Shown here piece by piece: positions 61,426 through 64,000 of a stretch of 64,000 bases of DNA. The stretch spans positions 15,880-79,879 of the forward strand of contig CAZFEN010000003.1 of NCBI GenBank assembly GCA_964517765.1, given 5' to 3'. Each line of letters begins with the position of its first letter. The stretch's first letter is position 1. The position numbers and the translations under genes were made by a program. Source of the stretch: an uncultured Actinomycetota bacterium (lineage in GTDB: Bacteria; Actinomycetota; Humimicrobiia; Humimicrobiales; Humimicrobiaceae). The notes beneath the pieces were generated by a model. The model did no database searches. It was not told the origin of the DNA and worked only from the letters and a program-made list of their open reading frames with translations.

Positions 61426-61600
61426 CACCCTTAAAGCAGGAGGTAACTTTCAGAAGTAACTGAAATCTATAGACGAAAGAATGTAAAAAGTAAGTAGCTT
61501 TCAAAAAAGAACCTGAGAAAAGTTTTAAGGTAGTGACCCCAAGATGTTGAGTAACCTAAGGCGAAAGCTAAGGTAAAAGGTAACTTGGGGTTTCTTTTTT
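61426..61600 (+). ncRNA. Putative ~175-nt structured non-coding RNA of unknown family
   Basis: Bounded by a consensus promoter and a terminator-like end; no start codon behind its AGGAGG; several long-range stems. Confidence 0.45.
61535..61600 (+). terminator. Terminator-like stem closing the putative RNA
   Basis: gaccccaag (61535-61543) / cttggggtt (61584-61592) followed by tctttttt. Confidence 0.6.
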
Positions 61601-61738
61601 GCCTGAATTCCAATTTTAGAATTGATTGGATGTATTGGTTGTAAGTCCCCTTTCAAGTAATTTTCATAACTGAAATCCTTCCATACGGTAAGAAGAATAC
61701 TCTTATCAGATGAATTGTTATTATTTACAAACTATAAA

Positions 61739-61767
61739 TTGCAAAAAAGTATTAAAATAAGTAAAAT
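61739..61767 (+). promoter_or_regulatory. ilvE promoter TTGCAA-17-TAAAAT
   Basis: 17-nt spacer counted; -10 ends 32 nt upstream of the ATG. Confidence 0.55.
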
Positions 61768-61799
61768 ATTAAAAATTAAAATTTATAAAAGAGGGATTT

Positions 61800-62720
61800 A
61801 TGGACAACCCAGGATTTGCTTTCTTTGAGGGTAAAATAATTCCGATAGAACAGGCCAGAGTAGATATAAGGACAAATGCATTGCAGTATGGTACCGGAAT
61901 TTTTGAAGGAATTAGATGCTACTGGAACGAAAAAAATAAAACAAATTACGTTTTCAGAATGGAAGACCATTATAGAAGATTTATTCTAAATTCCAGAATA
62001 ATGATGATAGATATAAAATATTCCATAGAAGAACTCTGTGACATAACTGTAGAACTGTTAAAAAAAGAAGGATATGAAGAAGATAGCTATGTAAGACCGT
62101 TTGCATACAATAGCGGTTTAAATATAGGGCCCAAATTAATAGGAAACAAACAGGATCTTTTCATATATACCATACCACTTGGAGAATATCTGGATATAAG
62201 TAAAACAATAAGTGTCTGCATTTCTTCATGGGACCGCATACCGGATAATTCCATACCCCCCCGTGCAAAAATATCAGGATCATATGTAAATGCGGCATTT
62301 CAAAAAACAGAAGCACTGTTAAATGGTTATGATGAAGCACTTGTCCTGACTGCTAATGGCAAACACGTCAGCGAAGGGAGCGCTATGAATGTTTTTATGG
62401 TCAAAAACGGCAATTTGATAACTCCCCCTGTGACCGATGAAATATTGGAAGGAATCACCAGAGACACGGTTATAAAACTTGCTAAAGACAACGAAAATAT
62501 CGATGTTCAAGAAAGATCGATAGACAGAACAGAGCTTTATATAGCTGATGAATTATTTTTCTGCGGAACCGGTGCCCAGATTTCTCCAATAGGCAGTGTA
62601 GATAAACGCCCTGTCGGAAATGGTGAAATGGGTCCGTTGACAAAAAAACTACAGGAACTTTACTTCCGTGCAGTAAAAAACGAAATCAGTAAATACTCTG
62701 GTTGGTGCAGGAAAGTATAA
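61800..62720 (+). CDS. ilvE: Branched-chain amino acid aminotransferase (class IV)
   Basis: 'LQYGTGIFEGIR', PLP Lys 'AKISGSY', 'SEGSAMNVF', 'LEGITR', 'FCGTGAQI'. Confidence 0.93.
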   Translation: MDNPGFAFFEGKIIPIEQARVDIRTNALQYGTGIFEGIRCYWNEKNKTNYVFRMEDHYRRFILNSRIMMIDIKYSIEELCDITVELLKKEGYEEDSYVRPFAYNSGLNIGPKLIGNKQDLFIYTIPLGEYLDISKTISVCISSWDRIPDNSIPPRAKISGSYVNAAFQKTEALLNGYDEALVLTANGKHVSEGSAMNVFMVKNGNLITPPVTDEILEGITRDTVIKLAKDNENIDVQERSIDRTELYIADELFFCGTGAQISPIGSVDKRPVGNGEMGPLTKKLQELYFRAVKNEISKYSGWCRKV

Positions 62721-62831
62721 AACAACGATTTAGATTCGCTACAAAGATATCCCGGATAGATACGTCATAATTATAATTGTCTTTTATTTAGCTTTTATCA
62801 AACTTTTTGCTTGTATTTATAAGGTCATTGG

Positions 62832-62984
62832 TTATTTGGCATTTATTTGCTTTAATTCAATAAGTATCTCTTTTAACAGGGTTAATTGAAGCCTTCTGAA
62901 ATCGACATCGCTTGAGAGTTTTGCCCATTTTCTGGGATTATCTTCAGGGATATATTTATCAAGTTCCGACAGTATGTCTGCCAT
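62832..62984 (-). CDS. Unannotated 50-aa protein: MADILSELDKYIPEDNPRKWAKLSSDVDFRRLQLTLLKEILIELKQINAK
   Basis: ATG 8 nt behind AAAGGA; starts 20 nt after the tRNA-Gly CCA; protein-like composition; below the ORF-track size cutoff. Confidence 0.65.
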   Translation of the reverse strand: MADILSELDKYIPEDNPRKWAKLSSDVDFRRLQLTLLKEILIELKQINAK

Positions 62985-63004
62985 ATCGCTCTTCCTTTCA
63001 TCTA

Positions 63005-63078
63005 TGGAGCGGACTACGGGAATCGAACCCGCCTCTTGAGCTTGGGAAGCTCATGTACTACCAATATACTAAGTCCGC
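63005..63078 (-). tRNA. tRNA-Gly (CCC)
   Basis: Reverse complement GCGGACT...TGAGC-TTCCCAA-GCTCA...GGTTCGATTCCCG-TAGTCCGC-TCCA; 74 nt with encoded CCA. Confidence 0.96.
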
Positions 63079-63209
63079 TTTATACCAGATTCACTTTATT
63101 AAATTCGACACTTTTTAATATGTCTAATCTTAATTATATTCTAAAACCTTAATTCCCCGATTTAATCTTAATTTTTTAAAATAAATAATCTTGATCGGCT
63201 ATCCTGCCT

Positions 63210-63836
63210 TTACCTATTATCATCTTCCGTTTCAATAATATCTTCAGCCTCTGCCGGCGCTGCTTCAGCGGCTTTTTTTATATCTCTCTTCTCCGGTTTT
63301 TTCCCTCTTTCTCCTGAAATAAGACCGACAATGGTAAGATTTGTTTTTATGACTTTAATACCCAGCTTATCCGATACGATACCGGCAGCTCCGTTTATTA
63401 TTTCCTGCATTTTTTCCGGAATATTTGTATCTTCGTTTAATCTGGCATTCATATCTATTATTATACCTGTTGGTTTTGGAACTATTTTTACCCTTACATC
63501 TTCCACTCCATCTATTTTAGTCACTTCGTTTTTAATCTGTCCGGCTACCGTTTCGAGTGTTACCATAGCATTTCCTGTTTTGGAGCTGGATATATTGGCT
63601 GCCCTTGTTTTTTTTCTATAGAACTCTAAAATCAGAATAAATACACTGATTGCAAATACAGCCACTAAAGCAAGAAATGCAACAAATGCATTAATACTAT
63701 TTCCCGGATTAAAAATTCTCATAGCAATATCTGACCATACAAAATATTCTGCAAATACATTTATCATAGAGATAATTGAGACACCGATTATAAATACCAG
63801 TATCAGTATTACTACTATTTTGTTAAATATATTCAT
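63210..63836 (-). CDS. Alkaline-shock-response membrane anchor AmaP-like protein (2 TM plus Asp23-like domain)
   Basis: Two TM helices, then 'TGNAMVTLETVAGQIKNEVTKIDGVEDVRVKI' and 'LGIKVIKTNLTIV'; start re-set to ATG 63836 behind GGAGG. Confidence 0.65.
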   Translation of the reverse strand: MNIFNKIVVILILVFIIGVSIISMINVFAEYFVWSDIAMRIFNPGNSINAFVAFLALVAVFAISVFILILEFYRKKTRAANISSSKTGNAMVTLETVAGQIKNEVTKIDGVEDVRVKIVPKPTGIIIDMNARLNEDTNIPEKMQEIINGAAGIVSDKLGIKVIKTNLTIVGLISGERGKKPEKRDIKKAAEAAPAEAEDIIETEDDNR

Positions 63837-64000
63837 TTGATACCTCCGTAATCCTTTATATTTTAAAAACATTTAAAGATTATAATAGGCACTATAAAAA
63901 GTCAATAAATCGGGACGGCACAGGAAATTGAACTGCTTATTAAAATTATTAAAATAATTATTTCCAAAAATAGTCCAATAAAATGTAGATTTTTGACGAT

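Noticed and set aside
61426-61600. T-box riboswitch call for the ilvE upstream region
   Set aside because: No GGTGGNACCGCG T-box sequence or recognisable specifier loop, and ilvE has its own downstream promoter.
61469-61670. Antisense mini-ORF MKIT-stop behind an SD-like GGAAGGA, with a ~60-codon Phe/Leu-rich open frame after the TGA (possible type I toxin or readthrough)
   Set aside because: Phe/Leu richness is expected opposite an A-rich strand; no SECIS-like hairpin or promoter supports it.
62912-63118. 68-aa + strand ORF
   Set aside because: It is antisense to tRNA-Gly and to the better-supported 50-aa ORF.

Overview
AT-rich bacterial chromosomal segment, almost entirely minus-strand housekeeping genes, with no CRISPR array, transposase or prophage. 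In window order: an oppC/oppB/oppA peptide ABC transporter; secG, gpmI, tpiA, pgk and gap; rapZ, a 4-TM holin-like gene, uvrC/uvrA/uvrB, coaE, rpsA and polA; tRNA-Leu(CAA); pfkA; a his cluster (hisIE, F, A, H, B, G, Z; no hisD or hisC); a B12-binding protein plus opine dehydrogenase pair; dnaE; an orphan PilB/GspE ATPase; larB; a membrane pyrophosphatase; a tandem GNAT-like protein; yjbQ; a branched-chain amino acid/serine cluster (cimA, leuD, leuC, leuA, serA, class-V aminotransferase, ilvN, ilvB, ilvD; no ilvC or leuB); a lipoprotein serine protease; bacillithiol bshA/bshB1/bshC; an IscU-MnmA fusion; a DUF5661-like gene; ilvE; tRNA-Gly(CCC); an AmaP-like gene. Gene order and the RpsA sequence look actinobacterial despite the low GC (inference). 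The best candidate novel system is the two-gene cassette at 28872-31629: a fused GlmS/GlmE-like cobalamin mutase next to an opine dehydrogenase, with none of the usual glutamate-mutase partners. Elements missed by the ORF track are a 50-aa Ile/Leu/Val-rich leader peptide with a switchable hairpin upstream of ilvD, a ~175-nt promoter-and-terminator-bounded structured RNA, a ~47-nt promoter-hairpin unit upstream of polA, and a 50-aa ORF directly behind tRNA-Gly. All motif comparisons are from recall; no searches were run.
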